NCBI GenBank assembly: GCA_016288155.1
Contig: JAEEYP010000105.1
Span: 2,746 to 66,745 of the forward strand
Source of the DNA: Clostridiales bacterium
GTDB taxonomy: Bacteria > Bacillota > Clostridia > Oscillospirales > CAG-272
Direction of reading: 5' to 3'
DNA length: 64,000 nt
The position numbers were made by a program, and so were the translations under genes. Below are positions 1 through 9,645 of this stretch, piece after piece. Below the pieces are notes generated by a model. It did no database searches and was not told the origin of the DNA. It was given only the letters and a program-made list of their open reading frames with translations. Position 1 is the stretch's first letter. Each line of letters opens with the position of its first letter.

Positions 1-467
1 TCCTCATACCCTTTTTTCGTCCACGGATCGCTGAAATTCGCGTAGATGCCGTCCAGCGTCCCCGGCGCGAACCACTCTCCCAGCTCCTTCGCGTCGCCGG
101 AGAGAAAGCGCACGTTGCCCCGGAGGGAGAGCGGGATCTGCCAGACCGCGCCGCCGACGTAATTCGTCCCGTCCGGCGCGTCCCAGCCGCCGTGCACGCC
201 GAGGCGTCCGAGACCGCGGCGGGACGCGTACTTCTCCATGGCGGCGACGAGCACGTCGTCCACCTTCTCCATGGCGACGTAATCGTATTCCGGCTCCCGC
301 TCGGAAAGAGCGCAGATAAAATCGCCCTTTCCGCAGCCGATCTCAAGCCGCACGGGCGCCGTTCTCCCGAAAACCGCACGGGGATCCGTCCGCAGGGCGG
401 CCGCGTCGCGGCACAAAAGAGCGGACAGAGCAGAAAGTCTTTCGCTTCCGTGCTTTTTTTTTCGCAT
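1..467 (-). CDS. trmB: tRNA (guanine-N7)-methyltransferase TrmB; C-terminal end runs off the window
   Basis: Minus-strand ORF with ATG at 465-467. The translation contains the SAM loop LEIGCGKGDF and ANFSDPWTKK, matching the TrmB FSDPWPKK signature. Confidence 0.8.
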   Translation of the reverse strand, partial: MRKKKHGSERLSALSALLCRDAAALRTDPRAVFGRTAPVRLEIGCGKGDFICALSEREPEYDYVAMEKVDDVLVAAMEKYASRRGLGRLGVHGGWDAPDGTNYVGGAVWQIPLSLRGNVRFLSGDAKELGEWFAPGTLDGIYANFSDPWTKKGYE

Positions 468-628
468 TCTCATATTGATATTTCCCCGCATATTTGATAC
501 AATAATAGAGAGCGCTGCGCCCCGCCGTCCGTCTGAGGCAGGAATGCCGCCCGGACGCGGGTGCCGCCGTCTTCTACATTGTATCACAACGGAAGATAAA
601 AATCCATATCTGCCTGCGAAAAGAGGTG

Positions 629-1381
629 ATGAACCGCGTGCAGAAGGATGAATTTTTCCGCATATTGGCTGAGGAGCTGATCCGCCGCGGCGTTTCCGAG
701 GAATCCGCCGCCCGCAGCGTGCGCGCCATCGAGCACACGCTGGCTCCGGAGGATCTCGCCGATATCGAGCGTATCACGGACATCTCCGAGGTCGCCGAGC
801 TCGCCCAGTCTATCGTCTCCGTCAAGCGCCGCGAAGCAAAGGAAAGCACGCCCCCCGCCTCCTCCGACAAGGAACGGGAAACCCCGGAGGAAGAAGAGAA
901 CGACGTCGTCCAGTACGAAGCGTTCGTCAGCGACGACGACGAACTCGGCCGCGCCCCGACGGCCCGCGGCAAGCGCATATTCTGGATCGTGTTCCTCTGT
1001 ACGCTTCCGATCACGCTCGTACTGTTTTTGGCGTACGCCGCCGTTTTCGGCGCGATCTTCGCCGTGCTGTGCGGGCTGATCGTGCTCCTCGTCGGCGGGC
1101 TCATCGTCGGCGTCACCGCCGGTGCGCTCCTCTCGCTCATCGGTATGGTGTACGGCGTCACGCAGCTTCTGACCGCCGCCTCCCGCGCGCCGGGTCTGTA
1201 TGAGATCGGGCTCGGTCTCATCATCGCCGGGTGCGTCATGTTCGGCGGGATCCTCGTCTACAATCTCGCCGTGCGCCTCATCCCGCTCCTGATCCAGTGG
1301 CTCGGCGCTCTCTTCCGTTACTGCACCGGAAAGCTCAAGGATCTGTTCCACATGGCAAAGGAGGCGTGCTACAAGCTGTGA
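629..1381 (+). CDS. DUF1700-like membrane protein (soluble N-terminal helical part, acidic linker, C-terminal multi-TM block)
   Basis: ORF 626..1381. ATG at 629 gives MNRVQKDEFF..., similar to DUF1700 N-termini. The hydrophobic C-terminal half predicts several TM helices. The stop overlaps the next start. Confidence 0.55.
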   Translation: MNRVQKDEFFRILAEELIRRGVSEESAARSVRAIEHTLAPEDLADIERITDISEVAELAQSIVSVKRREAKESTPPASSDKERETPEEEENDVVQYEAFVSDDDELGRAPTARGKRIFWIVFLCTLPITLVLFLAYAAVFGAIFAVLCGLIVLLVGGLIVGVTAGALLSLIGMVYGVTQLLTAASRAPGLYEIGLGLIIAGCVMFGGILVYNLAVRLIPLLIQWLGALFRYCTGKLKDLFHMAKEACYKL

Positions 1382-2274
1382 AACCGACGTCCATCATTTT
1401 TCTTGTCGTCGCCGTCCTTCTTATCATCGGCGGCTGGATCGCCTGCTCCATCGCCAAGGATACCGCCGTGCTCGACGGGTACGATCTCTTCCGGACTGCC
1501 GAGGACGGCTCGAACACCGTCCGCCGGGACATTCCGGAGGGCATCGGCAAGATCGAGCTGATCTTCAAGAACGCCGACGTCCGCATCGTCGGCGGCGCCG
1601 AGGAATCCTATGCGGAATTCTCCAATTTCCGTGAAGGGCTGTACACGCTGTCCGTCGCCGGACAGATCTTCTCCTTCGACGATATGCCGAACATCAGCTC
1701 GATCCTCAGCTTCAGCGGCGGCTATTCCTTCTCCGGCGTCCGGTATCTGCTCCGCGGCGGCATCTTCAATTCCGAGCCCCGGCAGATCACGATCTATCTC
1801 TCGCCGGATTCCGAGCTGAAGGTCGTCTCCGTGGACTGCACCTCCTGTACTCTCGAGGCGGACAACACCGCCGCGAAATTCGATCTGATCGTCAAGGCGA
1901 GCAAGTCGGCGTCCGTATCGCTTAAGGAATACCGCACCGCGTGCGCCCTGGAGGTCACCGCGCCGAATACGGAGCTCACCTTTGAGGGCGGATATATCGA
2001 TTCTCTCAAACTGCACACGGAAAAGCTGAATCTGAACACAAACGCCGTCAGCATCTCCGGGATCGACGTGGAGGCGAAGTCCGGCACCGTCAGCATGCGC
2101 TTCCCCTCCGCGATCCGCGCGTACGGCTTCCACGTGGAGACGAGCGGCAGATTCCTCCTCTGCGGCGAGGAGGAGGACGTTCCCTATGAGAAATCCCCGA
2201 TGATCAGTGCGATCGGCACGTATTCGTTCATCGCGGGCAGCGCGGATATCGAGCTGGCCGAGATGACGGACTGA
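1378..2274 (+). CDS. DUF4097-like membrane-anchored beta-rich protein (usual partner of DUF1700)
   Basis: In-frame GTG at 1378 overlaps the upstream TGA (GTGA). It gives VKPTSIIFLVVAVLLIIGGW, an N-terminal TM anchor. The rest is repetitive and beta-strand-like. Confidence 0.5.
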   Translation: MKPTSIIFLVVAVLLIIGGWIACSIAKDTAVLDGYDLFRTAEDGSNTVRRDIPEGIGKIELIFKNADVRIVGGAEESYAEFSNFREGLYTLSVAGQIFSFDDMPNISSILSFSGGYSFSGVRYLLRGGIFNSEPRQITIYLSPDSELKVVSVDCTSCTLEADNTAAKFDLIVKASKSASVSLKEYRTACALEVTAPNTELTFEGGYIDSLKLHTEKLNLNTNAVSISGIDVEAKSGTVSMRFPSAIRAYGFHVETSGRFLLCGEEEDVPYEKSPMISAIGTYSFIAGSADIELAEMTD

Positions 2275-2300
2275 CTTCAAAATAACGGAAAGGACACGTC

Positions 2301-2555
2301 ATGCACTACACGTACAGAACGCGCGGCACCTGCTCCACCGCCATCGATTTCGACTGTGAGGACGGGATCGTTCACAACGTCCGCTTTACCGGCGGCTGCA
2401 ACGGGAACCTCAAAGCGATCTCCCTTCTCGTGGAGGGCAAGCCCGCCGAGGAGATCATCAGCCTGCTCTCCGGCAATACCTGCGGCTTCAAGAACACCTC
2501 CTGCGCCGATCAGCTGGCGCGGGCGCTGCGCGAAGCGGTCGGCTCCGCCTCGTGA
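2301..2555 (+). CDS. TIGR03905-type TSCPD domain protein (4-Cys)
   Basis: 84 aa. GTCS...RFTGGCNGN...GNTCG...TSCADQLA matches the small TSCPD family. Confidence 0.75.
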   Translation: MHYTYRTRGTCSTAIDFDCEDGIVHNVRFTGGCNGNLKAISLLVEGKPAEEIISLLSGNTCGFKNTSCADQLARALREAVGSAS

Positions 2556-2574
2556 CGAAAAAAGAAACACAACG

Positions 2575-2616
2575 AAAAACGCGGTCATTCCGTTCGGAAT
2601 GACCGCGTTTTTTTTT
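2575..2616. terminator. Bidirectional rho-independent terminator
   Basis: gcggtcattcc/ggaatgaccgc 11-bp stem with loop gttc, flanked by an A-run and a 9-T run, between convergent genes. Confidence 0.85.
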
Positions 2617-2623
2617 GTGTCCG

Positions 2624-4441
2624 TCAGCTCACAAGGAACGCGCCGATGCGCACCACGTTGCCCGGATCGTCCGGATCGCCGGCGTCCTCCGCGCGGATGT
2701 ACAGCGTGTGCTCGCCGGGCGTCAGGCCGGAGAACAGGATCATATAGTGGATGCGGTCGAAGTGCTTGGAATAGCTGTCCCGCGCCATGCGGCAGATCTC
2801 TTCCCCGCCGTCGACGGAGGCGTAGAATTTCCCGCCGTCGTGCGGGAGCGTATTCAGGATGCCGACCGTCGTCCCCGTAAAGGTGAAGCGCAGCGCGTCT
2901 CCCGGATGTCCCTCGAGGTAATGCTTGTACGGCCTCCACGGGAGCAGCGGCTGATCGATCTTTTCGAAGCCCTCCGTTTCGGCGTCGTACGCGTCCTCCA
3001 GATGCGCGCTCATCACGACGTGCTTCGCATTGAGCGGATCGGGACACGCATAGCGCGTCAGCATCCGGCTGTCGCCGCGCAGCGCCTCGTCGAGGAACGC
3101 CGTCATCTCCCGCGTGCAGTACGTATATCCCGTTTCGTTCGGATGGACGCAGTCGCCCTTCGTCAGCGGGATCCAGTCGCCGCCGTATTCATGCTTGACG
3201 GCGCGCCACATCGCGTCGCCGATATTCACGGTCGGCAGTCCGTAGACGCGCGCGAGCGCCGTCTGCGCGTCGCGGCTCGCGTACGGACGGTCGGAATCCA
3301 TGCCGTCCCGGATCGACTTGTTCAGCGTGAACGCGAGCACGATCTCCGTGTACGGCAGCTTCTCGCGGAGCTTGCGGACGATCGTCTCCGTGCACGCGCC
3401 GCTGACCGGCTCGCCGTCCGGGTAAAAATCGCCGCTGTCGTTGAGCGCGAATTCGATGAACACGAGATCCGGCGCGCCGGAGATGAGATCCCACTCGCAG
3501 CGGTACATGCCGAACTCGGAACCCGTCCCGCCGATCGCCGCCTGGATCTCCGTGATCTCCGCGTCCGGATAGTGCGTGCGCAGGTACTCCACGGCGCGCG
3601 GCCGCCAGCCGTAGCCGTTCGTCGTGTTGTCCGTGATGGAGCCGCCGATGAAGCCGACGGTCAGCCGCTTCTCCACCTTGAGGCGATACTGCGCGTTCGG
3701 AAGACGCGGCGCGAAATCCGTATGCTCCGCGATGAAGTCGGTGATCGGACGCGGATCCTCCAGACTGTGCGGATGGTGGTCGCAATCCGGCTTGACGATC
3801 GTCTCGATCACGCCGCCTGCGGCGCGGACGCGCGCGGCGAAGATCTCTCCGTTCTCGGAATACGGGACGCACTTGTCCGCTCCGCCCGCCACGATGATCA
3901 CGGGGATCCTGTTCTTGGCGATCCACTCCGCCTCCTTCATCGGACTTCCCTCAAAGGACGGCAGCGTTTCGGGCGTCACGCCGTACAGCTTCATGCACTC
4001 CGCGGCGCACTTCTCGTTCCCGCCGGGGCCGCAGGGCCAGGAGCGGATGTCGAGGACCGGTGCGTCCAGATAGATCGCCGCCGTCTCGTACGGATAGCGG
4101 GCGGCGTAATTGACGGCGTACATCCCGCCGCGGCTGAAGCCGAACAGAACGGTCTGCCGCGCCAGATCGAAGGTCTCGGTGACTTCCGTGTAGAATTCGT
4201 GCATCATTTCGACGGATTCCGGGCATCCGTACATATTGCTGACGCAATGATACGCGAGATGATACCCCATGCGGAGCAGCGCACGGTCCGCGGTATCGAA
4301 CGCGCCGAAGAATTCACAGCGCCATACCCACGGACGTCCCGGCGCCTCCGTCTTCGGACAGACGATGAAGCTGTCGCGGCCTCCCACGGTGAAATCCAGC
4401 TTGCGGTATCCGCCCCAATCGGTCGGCTTCAGATTTTCCAT
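2624..4441 (-). CDS. Multidomain carbohydrate esterase: alpha/beta hydrolase + SGNH/GDSL hydrolase + C-terminal beta-sandwich
   Basis: Start MENLKPTDWGG at 4441 with RBS gaaagggg. GFSRGG nucleophile elbow. Second domain has GGSIT block I and DCVHPN block V. The upstream 93 codons of the long ORF lack an RBS. Confidence 0.7.
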   Translation of the reverse strand: MENLKPTDWGGYRKLDFTVGGRDSFIVCPKTEAPGRPWVWRCEFFGAFDTADRALLRMGYHLAYHCVSNMYGCPESVEMMHEFYTEVTETFDLARQTVLFGFSRGGMYAVNYAARYPYETAAIYLDAPVLDIRSWPCGPGGNEKCAAECMKLYGVTPETLPSFEGSPMKEAEWIAKNRIPVIIVAGGADKCVPYSENGEIFAARVRAAGGVIETIVKPDCDHHPHSLEDPRPITDFIAEHTDFAPRLPNAQYRLKVEKRLTVGFIGGSITDNTTNGYGWRPRAVEYLRTHYPDAEITEIQAAIGGTGSEFGMYRCEWDLISGAPDLVFIEFALNDSGDFYPDGEPVSGACTETIVRKLREKLPYTEIVLAFTLNKSIRDGMDSDRPYASRDAQTALARVYGLPTVNIGDAMWRAVKHEYGGDWIPLTKGDCVHPNETGYTYCTREMTAFLDEALRGDSRMLTRYACPDPLNAKHVVMSAHLEDAYDAETEGFEKIDQPLLPWRPYKHYLEGHPGDALRFTFTGTTVGILNTLPHDGGKFYASVDGGEEICRMARDSYSKHFDRIHYMILFSGLTPGEHTLYIRAEDAGDPDDPGNVVRIGAFLVS

Positions 4442-4516
4442 AGTCAGTTGACCCCTTTCCTGCCGCCTGCGGGCGGCATGCGGGACGCGGCGGCGATCCG
4501 CGGCGTCTCCGTCCAT

Positions 4517-4545
4517 ATTATAACATACGTCCCCTGAAAATACAA
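4517..4545 (-). promoter_or_regulatory. Sigma-A-type promoter TTGTAT-17-TATAAT (TG-extended) for the esterase gene
   Basis: The reverse complement reads cTTGTATtttcaggggacgtatgtTATAAT. Confidence 0.55.
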
Positions 4546-4622
4546 GACGGAATCCAAGGTTTTTCTTCATTTGCCTCATCCCGGAAAATATGGCGGAATC
4601 GACGTACGCCCGAGGCGATTTG

Positions 4623-4748
4623 TTCACAAAACGTCCACAACTTGCGCGCTGATTTCCTGTATAATACAAGGAGAATCGACTCGCTTCGACAGAACGGAGA
4701 CAACAGCGCCCATGAAACACAGAACGCTTTTGTGCGCCGCCCTCGCGG
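4623..4748 (+). repeat. Copy A of a 126-bp dispersed repeat (promoter-like TATAAT + 5' leader + first 12 codons of a signal peptide)
   Basis: About 94% identical by eye to 6581..6706. Both begin ttcacaaaacgtccacaac and end gccgccctcgcgg. Confidence 0.9.
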
Positions 4749-4837
4749 AAATCGTTCTGCCGAAGGATCCTGTCCGGGCGATCCGCCGACCCGCGATCAA
4801 TACGGTCCGTTGCCGTTATCGGAGGTCAGTTCAATGA
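4712..4837 (+). other. 41-codon relic ORF created by repeat copy A (MKHRTLLCAALA...); its TGA overlaps the SBP start (ATGA)
   Basis: The ATG sits at the same offset (89) as the GH25 gene ATG in copy B. The sequence after codon 12 is unrelated and Arg-rich. Confidence 0.4.
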
Positions 4838-6297
4838 AAAATGCGCTTATTCTCTTTTTGATCGCAGTGCTTCTTCTGCCGCTCGCCGCATGCGGAAAGC
4901 CCGCCGATCCCGACGCCGACACGACGGCGCCGGCTGTTTCCGACACCGCCGGAGACACAGCGGAAACGGAAGCGCCGGAAACCGGCCTTGCCCCGAGGCT
5001 GCCCGCCGGGCTGACCTTTGACGGACGGGATTTCACCTTCCTCACCGGCGGCTACACCACCTACTGCTACGTCACCGTCGAAGAGCCGGTCGGAGAGATC
5101 CTGAACGATGCGCAGTATGATATGCAGCTCCGCACGGAAGAGCGGCTGAAAGTCAAGATCATCGAAGATCAGCGGGGGTATGAAGAAGCGAACACGATCG
5201 CGGAGAACACGGTATCCGCCGGGGACGCGGCGTTTGCGGCGATGAACCTGCTCGACCGCTTCTCCGTCAACATGATGCTGGAGAATTATCTCCTTCCGTT
5301 CGGTGGGGTGGAGTATATCGACCTGGAGGCGCCGTGGTGGCTCCCCGCCGTGAATAAGGAGCTGCAGATCGGCGGAAAGAATTTCGAGGCGAGCTCCGCG
5401 TCCAATCTGCTGATGTGGTCGAACACGATCGGGATCTTCATCAACACGGATCTTGCGAAGAACGTCGGCGTGGACCCGGATGAGATCTTCGCGTCCGTCC
5501 GCGAGGGCACGTGGACGCTCGATCAGATGATGGGGTACGCCGCGAAAGCCTCGATGGACCTGGACGGCGACGGGAAGTTCACCGCGAAGGCGGACCAATT
5601 CGGCCTGACCTTCTACTATCCGAGCACGTGGGAGACGTCCGTGGTCCGCGCGGGAGGCATGAACTCCGTGGGGAAGGACGAAAACGGACGTCTGACCGTC
5701 GCGTGGGGAAACGAGCAGTATGCGGCGCTTCTCGAAAAAGCGTATAACTATTTTCACACCGACGCCGTCTGGGCCGACGTTTTCAACACCACGACGCAGT
5801 TCGTCGAAGGACGCTCCTTGTTCCTGCACGGTTTCTTCCGCGCGGTGGATCAGATGAAGGATATGACGAACGATTACACTCTGGCACCGATGCCGAAAGC
5901 CGACGCGGCGCAGCCCTCCTACGAATGCGCCAACTACGATACGATGACCTACAACCTGCCGAAAACCGTCAGCGATACCGCGCTGTCCGGTGCGGTGCTC
6001 GAATGGCTGTCCTACGAGGGGTACGAGCTGGTGCGGCCCGCCTATATCGAGTCCACGATGAAATATAAGAACGCGCGGGACGAGCGCATGGCGGAAATGG
6101 TACAGATCTGCCTCGACTCTTCGATGATCGATATCGGCAGCATCTACTGTACCCAGCAGTGCTCGTACGACATAATGTACTATGAAGTCATTCTCAAGAA
6201 TTCCTTCAATTTCGCCTCGTACAGGCAAAAGGCGGACGAAATCATGACCCAAACGCTTGAAAAGCTGGAGGCCGCCGCCGCGGGCAAAACCGACTGA
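4834..6297 (+). CDS. Extracellular solute-binding lipoprotein (large family-1 ABC sugar SBP type), paralog 1 of 5
   Basis: GGAGG at 4821. MKNALILFLIAVLLLPLAAC lipobox. Shared paralog motifs are PWW/PWY, DLDGDGKFT and APMPK. Confidence 0.7.
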   Translation: MKNALILFLIAVLLLPLAACGKPADPDADTTAPAVSDTAGDTAETEAPETGLAPRLPAGLTFDGRDFTFLTGGYTTYCYVTVEEPVGEILNDAQYDMQLRTEERLKVKIIEDQRGYEEANTIAENTVSAGDAAFAAMNLLDRFSVNMMLENYLLPFGGVEYIDLEAPWWLPAVNKELQIGGKNFEASSASNLLMWSNTIGIFINTDLAKNVGVDPDEIFASVREGTWTLDQMMGYAAKASMDLDGDGKFTAKADQFGLTFYYPSTWETSVVRAGGMNSVGKDENGRLTVAWGNEQYAALLEKAYNYFHTDAVWADVFNTTTQFVEGRSLFLHGFFRAVDQMKDMTNDYTLAPMPKADAAQPSYECANYDTMTYNLPKTVSDTALSGAVLEWLSYEGYELVRPAYIESTMKYKNARDERMAEMVQICLDSSMIDIGSIYCTQQCSYDIMYYEVILKNSFNFASYRQKADEIMTQTLEKLEAAAAGKTD

Positions 6298-6378
6298 GAA
6301 AGGACCGCCGCCGTTTATTCCGTCAGGCGGTACGAGCGTTCTTTTTTCTGATGAGCCCGGCCCCCACGAAAAAGCCAT

Positions 6379-6402
6379 CCGTCCGTGAACGGGCGGTTTT
6401 TT
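6379..6402 (+). terminator. Rho-independent terminator after SBP paralog 1
   Basis: ccgtccg/cgggcgg stem (one G-U pair), loop tgaa, then TTTTTT. Confidence 0.5.
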
Positions 6403-6580
6403 CATACCGATCATCCCGGCGTCCGGTCTCTTCTTCCGGCGATCGGGGCGCCGGACGGCGTTTGCCGATCCCGCCGTAATGACGCCGGTCGCCGCCGCAC
6501 GGGCAGCGCGATCCATAGTCTTTCTCCCCTGCCGGATCCCGGAAGAAAGGCCTGAATCTGCACGCCCCCACGCCGAATCG

Positions 6581-6706
6581 TTCACAAAACGTCCACAACT
6601 CGCGCGCCGATTTCCTGTATAATATAAGCAGAATCGACTCGCTTCGACAGAACGGAGACAACAGCGCCCATGAAATACAGAACGCTTGTGTGCGCCGCCC
6701 TCGCGG
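6581..6706 (+). repeat. Copy B of the 126-bp repeat; here it supplies the real promoter, leader and start of the SLH-GH25 gene
   Basis: See copy A. Confidence 0.9.
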
Positions 6707-8361
6707 CCGCGCTCCTCTTCGGCACGATGCCTGCCGCCTCAGCGGAGGATGAGACCGCCCTACCGGAGGAAACCGCCCTCACGGAGACCGATCTGCCGGA
6801 GGATCCCGCGTCCGGTGATCCCGTCCCGGGGGATCCCCCGTCCGGTGATCCCGCGCCGGAAGACCCGACCCCGTTCCCGACGGAGCCGGTCGTCTTTTCC
6901 GACACGGAGGGGCACTGGGCGGAGGACGCCATCCGCCGTTTCAGCGAAGCGCTCATCGTCGTCGGCGAGGACGGGCGCTTCCGCCCGGACGATCCGCTGA
7001 CCCGCGCGGAGATGGCGGTGATCCTGTGTCGTGTCATGCGCTATGAAACGGTATCCGACGAGTTATTCGACGATCTGACGGAGGACTGGTACACGCCCGC
7101 GGTCCAGAAGCTGCGCGCCGCCGGCGTGATGCGCGGCGACGAGAACAACCGCGCCCTTCCCAACGATACGATCACCCGGGAGGAAGCCGTCGTCATGATC
7201 GCACGGGCGTTCGCCCTCGCCGATTCGGAGGAGCCGGCGCCGCTCGAGTACCCGGACGCGGATCGGATCTCCGACTGGACGTACGGTTCCGTCGAAGCGA
7301 TGACGGCGCACGGCTTCCTGCACGGAAGCGACGGCGGCTGCTTCTTCCCCGCCGATCCGCTGACCCGCGCGGAAGCGGTGACGGTGCTGAACAACATGAT
7401 CACCGCGTTCATGTATGCCCCCGGCGAATATGATTTCCGCCCCTACGAGGGACTGGCGGACTACGTCGTCATCGCGTCGAACGACGTCACGGTGCTCAAC
7501 TTCGACATCGGCGGGACGATCTTTCTGAGCGAGAGCGTCGACTACGACACGATCCGCCTCAAGGGCGTCAGCCACACGGGGATCGTCCTACAGTACACGC
7601 CGGAAGGCTACATACGCCGCCTCAAGGCGTCCACGCGGATCGTGCCGATCAATCCGGAGCTCCCGACCTGTTCGCACGACTCCTCCCTCTTCCGACTCGA
7701 CGAGCGGGGGATCATGCACTACGACGATCCGGACGTGACGACGTACCTCGGCGTCGACGTCTCCTCCTGGCAGTACGAGATCGATTGGACGCTCCTCAAG
7801 GCGCAGGGAGTGCATTTCGCCTTCATCCGCGCGGGCTACCGCGGCTATGAATCCGGCGATATCGTCGCGGACAAGTATTTCGATATCAATATGCAGGGCG
7901 CGCTGGACGCCGGGATTCACGTAGGCGTGTATTTCTTCTCGCAGGCGATCGATGCCGAGGAAGCGGAGGAGGAAGCGCGCTTCACGCTGGAGATGATCCG
8001 GGATTACAACGTGACCTATCCCGTCGTCTTCGACTGGGAGACGCTGAATTATCCGACCGCGCGCACGAACGATATCGCAACGGAAAAACTGTGCGAGGCG
8101 ACGAACGCCTTCTGCGCGACGGTCGCCTCCGCCGGATATCTGCCGATGGTGTACAGCAACCAGAGCGTTTCCCTGCTCTACTACGAGCTCGGCCGCATCC
8201 AGGAATACGATTTCTGGTACGCGGAGTACCGCGACCATCCGACGTTCTATTACGATTACGACATCTGGCAGTACGGCTCCTCGGCGCATCTGGAGGGCGT
8301 GCCGCTCGCGGAGATCGACGTCAACATCAGCTTCGTCGATTACGCGGCGCCTCGCCCGTGA
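6670..8361 (+). CDS. Secreted cell-wall hydrolase: signal peptide, Pro/Asp-rich linker, three SLH domains, C-terminal GH25 muramidase
   Basis: MKYRTLVCAALAAALLFGTMPAASA signal peptide. Repeated ...F.PDDPLTRAE... SLH motifs. GVDVSSWQYEIDW...FAFIRAGY...GVYFFS is a GH25 signature. Confidence 0.85.
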   Translation: MKYRTLVCAALAAALLFGTMPAASAEDETALPEETALTETDLPEDPASGDPVPGDPPSGDPAPEDPTPFPTEPVVFSDTEGHWAEDAIRRFSEALIVVGEDGRFRPDDPLTRAEMAVILCRVMRYETVSDELFDDLTEDWYTPAVQKLRAAGVMRGDENNRALPNDTITREEAVVMIARAFALADSEEPAPLEYPDADRISDWTYGSVEAMTAHGFLHGSDGGCFFPADPLTRAEAVTVLNNMITAFMYAPGEYDFRPYEGLADYVVIASNDVTVLNFDIGGTIFLSESVDYDTIRLKGVSHTGIVLQYTPEGYIRRLKASTRIVPINPELPTCSHDSSLFRLDERGIMHYDDPDVTTYLGVDVSSWQYEIDWTLLKAQGVHFAFIRAGYRGYESGDIVADKYFDINMQGALDAGIHVGVYFFSQAIDAEEAEEEARFTLEMIRDYNVTYPVVFDWETLNYPTARTNDIATEKLCEATNAFCATVASAGYLPMVYSNQSVSLLYYELGRIQEYDFWYAEYRDHPTFYYDYDIWQYGSSAHLEGVPLAEIDVNISFVDYAAPRP

Positions 8362-8384
8362 CGCGCAAAAGCGAAGAAAAGAGG

Positions 8385-8422
8385 AACCGGCGCCGCGTCC
8401 GAGGACGCAGCGCCGGTTTTTT
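8385..8422. terminator. Rho-independent terminator between convergent GH25 and ddh
   Basis: aaccggcgc...gcgccggtt stem with an inner cgcgtcc/ggacgc(a)g pairing, then TTTTTT. Confidence 0.8.
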
Positions 8423-8447
8423 ATTGTCCGGACGATCCCGTCCGCTC

Positions 8448-9434
8448 TCAGAGCATCGTATGCCGCAGCGTGTCGCCGTCCAGCGGACTGAGATACGCCA
8501 AAGCGACGTCGAACACCGTGCGGCAGCCGCTCATCCCCTCCGTACCGAGCCGGTACGCCGCGCGCGCATACGCGGTGAGCACGGAGCCGGTGAATTCCGG
8601 ATTCGAGTCGAGGTGCAGACTGAATTCGATCAGATGCCGGTTCTCCCCCTCCGCCCCCGTTCTGCCGGAACGGATCACCGATCCGCCGTGCGGGAGCCCG
8701 CTGTGATCGCGGCGCATCTCCTCCGCGGTGATGAAACGGACCGTCGTATCGAATTCGTCAAAGTAATGCGGCATCTCCTTGATCTCGCGCTCGATGCGCG
8801 CGCGGTCCGCACCTTCCTCGGCGACGACGTAGACCTCGCGCGTATGTTTCTCACGCGTCGTCAGTTCCGGCTCCTTCCCTTCCCGGACGGCGCTGAGCGC
8901 TTCGGGCACGGGGATCGTGTACTGCCGCGCATCCAGCACGCCTTCAATGCGGCGCACCGCGTCGGAATGCCCCTGGCTGACGCCCTTGCCCCAGAAGGTA
9001 TAGTCCCGCCCGTCGGGCAATACGGACGCGCCGATGAGCCGGTTCAGCGAGAAGAGCCCCGGATCCCAGCCGACGGAGATCACCGCGACGTGCCCGGAGG
9101 CGCGCGCCGCGCGGTCCACCGCCGCGAAATGCTCCGGGATGCACGCGTGCGTGTCGAAGCTGTCGATCACGTGGAAGTACTTCGCCATCTCCGGCGTCTG
9201 CCGCGGCAGATCCGTCGCGCTGCCGCCGCAGAGAATCATGACGTCGATCTCCCCCGCCATCTCCGGCGCCTGAGACGCCGGCAGCACCGGCACGTTCTCC
9301 GTGCGGATCCGAACGCTGCCCGGATCGCGGCGCGTGAACACCGCCGCCAACTCCATATCGGGCGCGCCGTGCACGGCGGCCTCTACCCCGCGTCCCAGAT
9401 TCCCGTATCCGTAAATCCCTGTCCGAATGCTCAT
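8448..9434 (-). CDS. ddh: meso-diaminopimelate D-dehydrogenase
   Basis: Start MSIRTGIYGYGNLGRG at 9434. The sequence is collinear with Corynebacterium Ddh: GWDPGLFS, FWG.G.SQGHSDA, MPHGG. Confidence 0.9.
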   Translation of the reverse strand: MSIRTGIYGYGNLGRGVEAAVHGAPDMELAAVFTRRDPGSVRIRTENVPVLPASQAPEMAGEIDVMILCGGSATDLPRQTPEMAKYFHVIDSFDTHACIPEHFAAVDRAARASGHVAVISVGWDPGLFSLNRLIGASVLPDGRDYTFWGKGVSQGHSDAVRRIEGVLDARQYTIPVPEALSAVREGKEPELTTREKHTREVYVVAEEGADRARIEREIKEMPHYFDEFDTTVRFITAEEMRRDHSGLPHGGSVIRSGRTGAEGENRHLIEFSLHLDSNPEFTGSVLTAYARAAYRLGTEGMSGCRTVFDVALAYLSPLDGDTLRHTML

Positions 9435-9572
9435 ATGAGCCTCCTTATCACCGGCGTCCGCCGCCTGATTGTACGCATATAGTATAGCACACGCTGAATA
9501 AAAATGCAAGATATTTCCTTTCGCCGCCGCCGATCCCCTCCTTTGCGCGCCGTATATTCTATACGATTTCAC

Positions 9573-9602
9573 TTGACACGGCGGCATATATTGTGTTATA
9601 AT
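9573..9602 (+). promoter_or_regulatory. Promoter TTGACA-18-TATAAT upstream of nrdR
   Basis: acTTGACAcggcggcatatattgtgtTATAATacg. Confidence 0.6.
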
Positions 9603-9645
9603 ACGAAAAAAGCGGTATTCCGTCAAAATACAAGGAGAGTTCTCC

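Noticed and set aside
2615-4537. 640-aa plus-strand ORF opposite the esterase gene. Similar long antisense ORFs occur at 4831..6585(-), 14536..16566(-), 27405..29279(+), 42940..45000(+), 49102..51159(-) and 58325..60220(-).
   Set aside because: Their translations are Arg/Ala/Gly/Asp-rich low-complexity strings with no motifs. They lie antisense to ORFs with clear family signatures and RBSs. This is the classic high-GC shadow-ORF artefact.
6403-6580. Minus-strand small ORF MDRAARAAATGVITAG... with a GGGGAG-like RBS in the 6298-6669 intergenic region.
   Set aside because: Low-complexity Ala/Arg/Gly product that continues into the shadow ORF antisense to the SBP gene. No supporting signal.
9579-9596. 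NrdR-box-like sequence (catatattgtgt) inside the nrdR promoter spacer.
   Set aside because: Only one half of the palindromic NrdR box is present, and the other half (cggcggc) does not match. It may be chance similarity in an AT-rich spacer.
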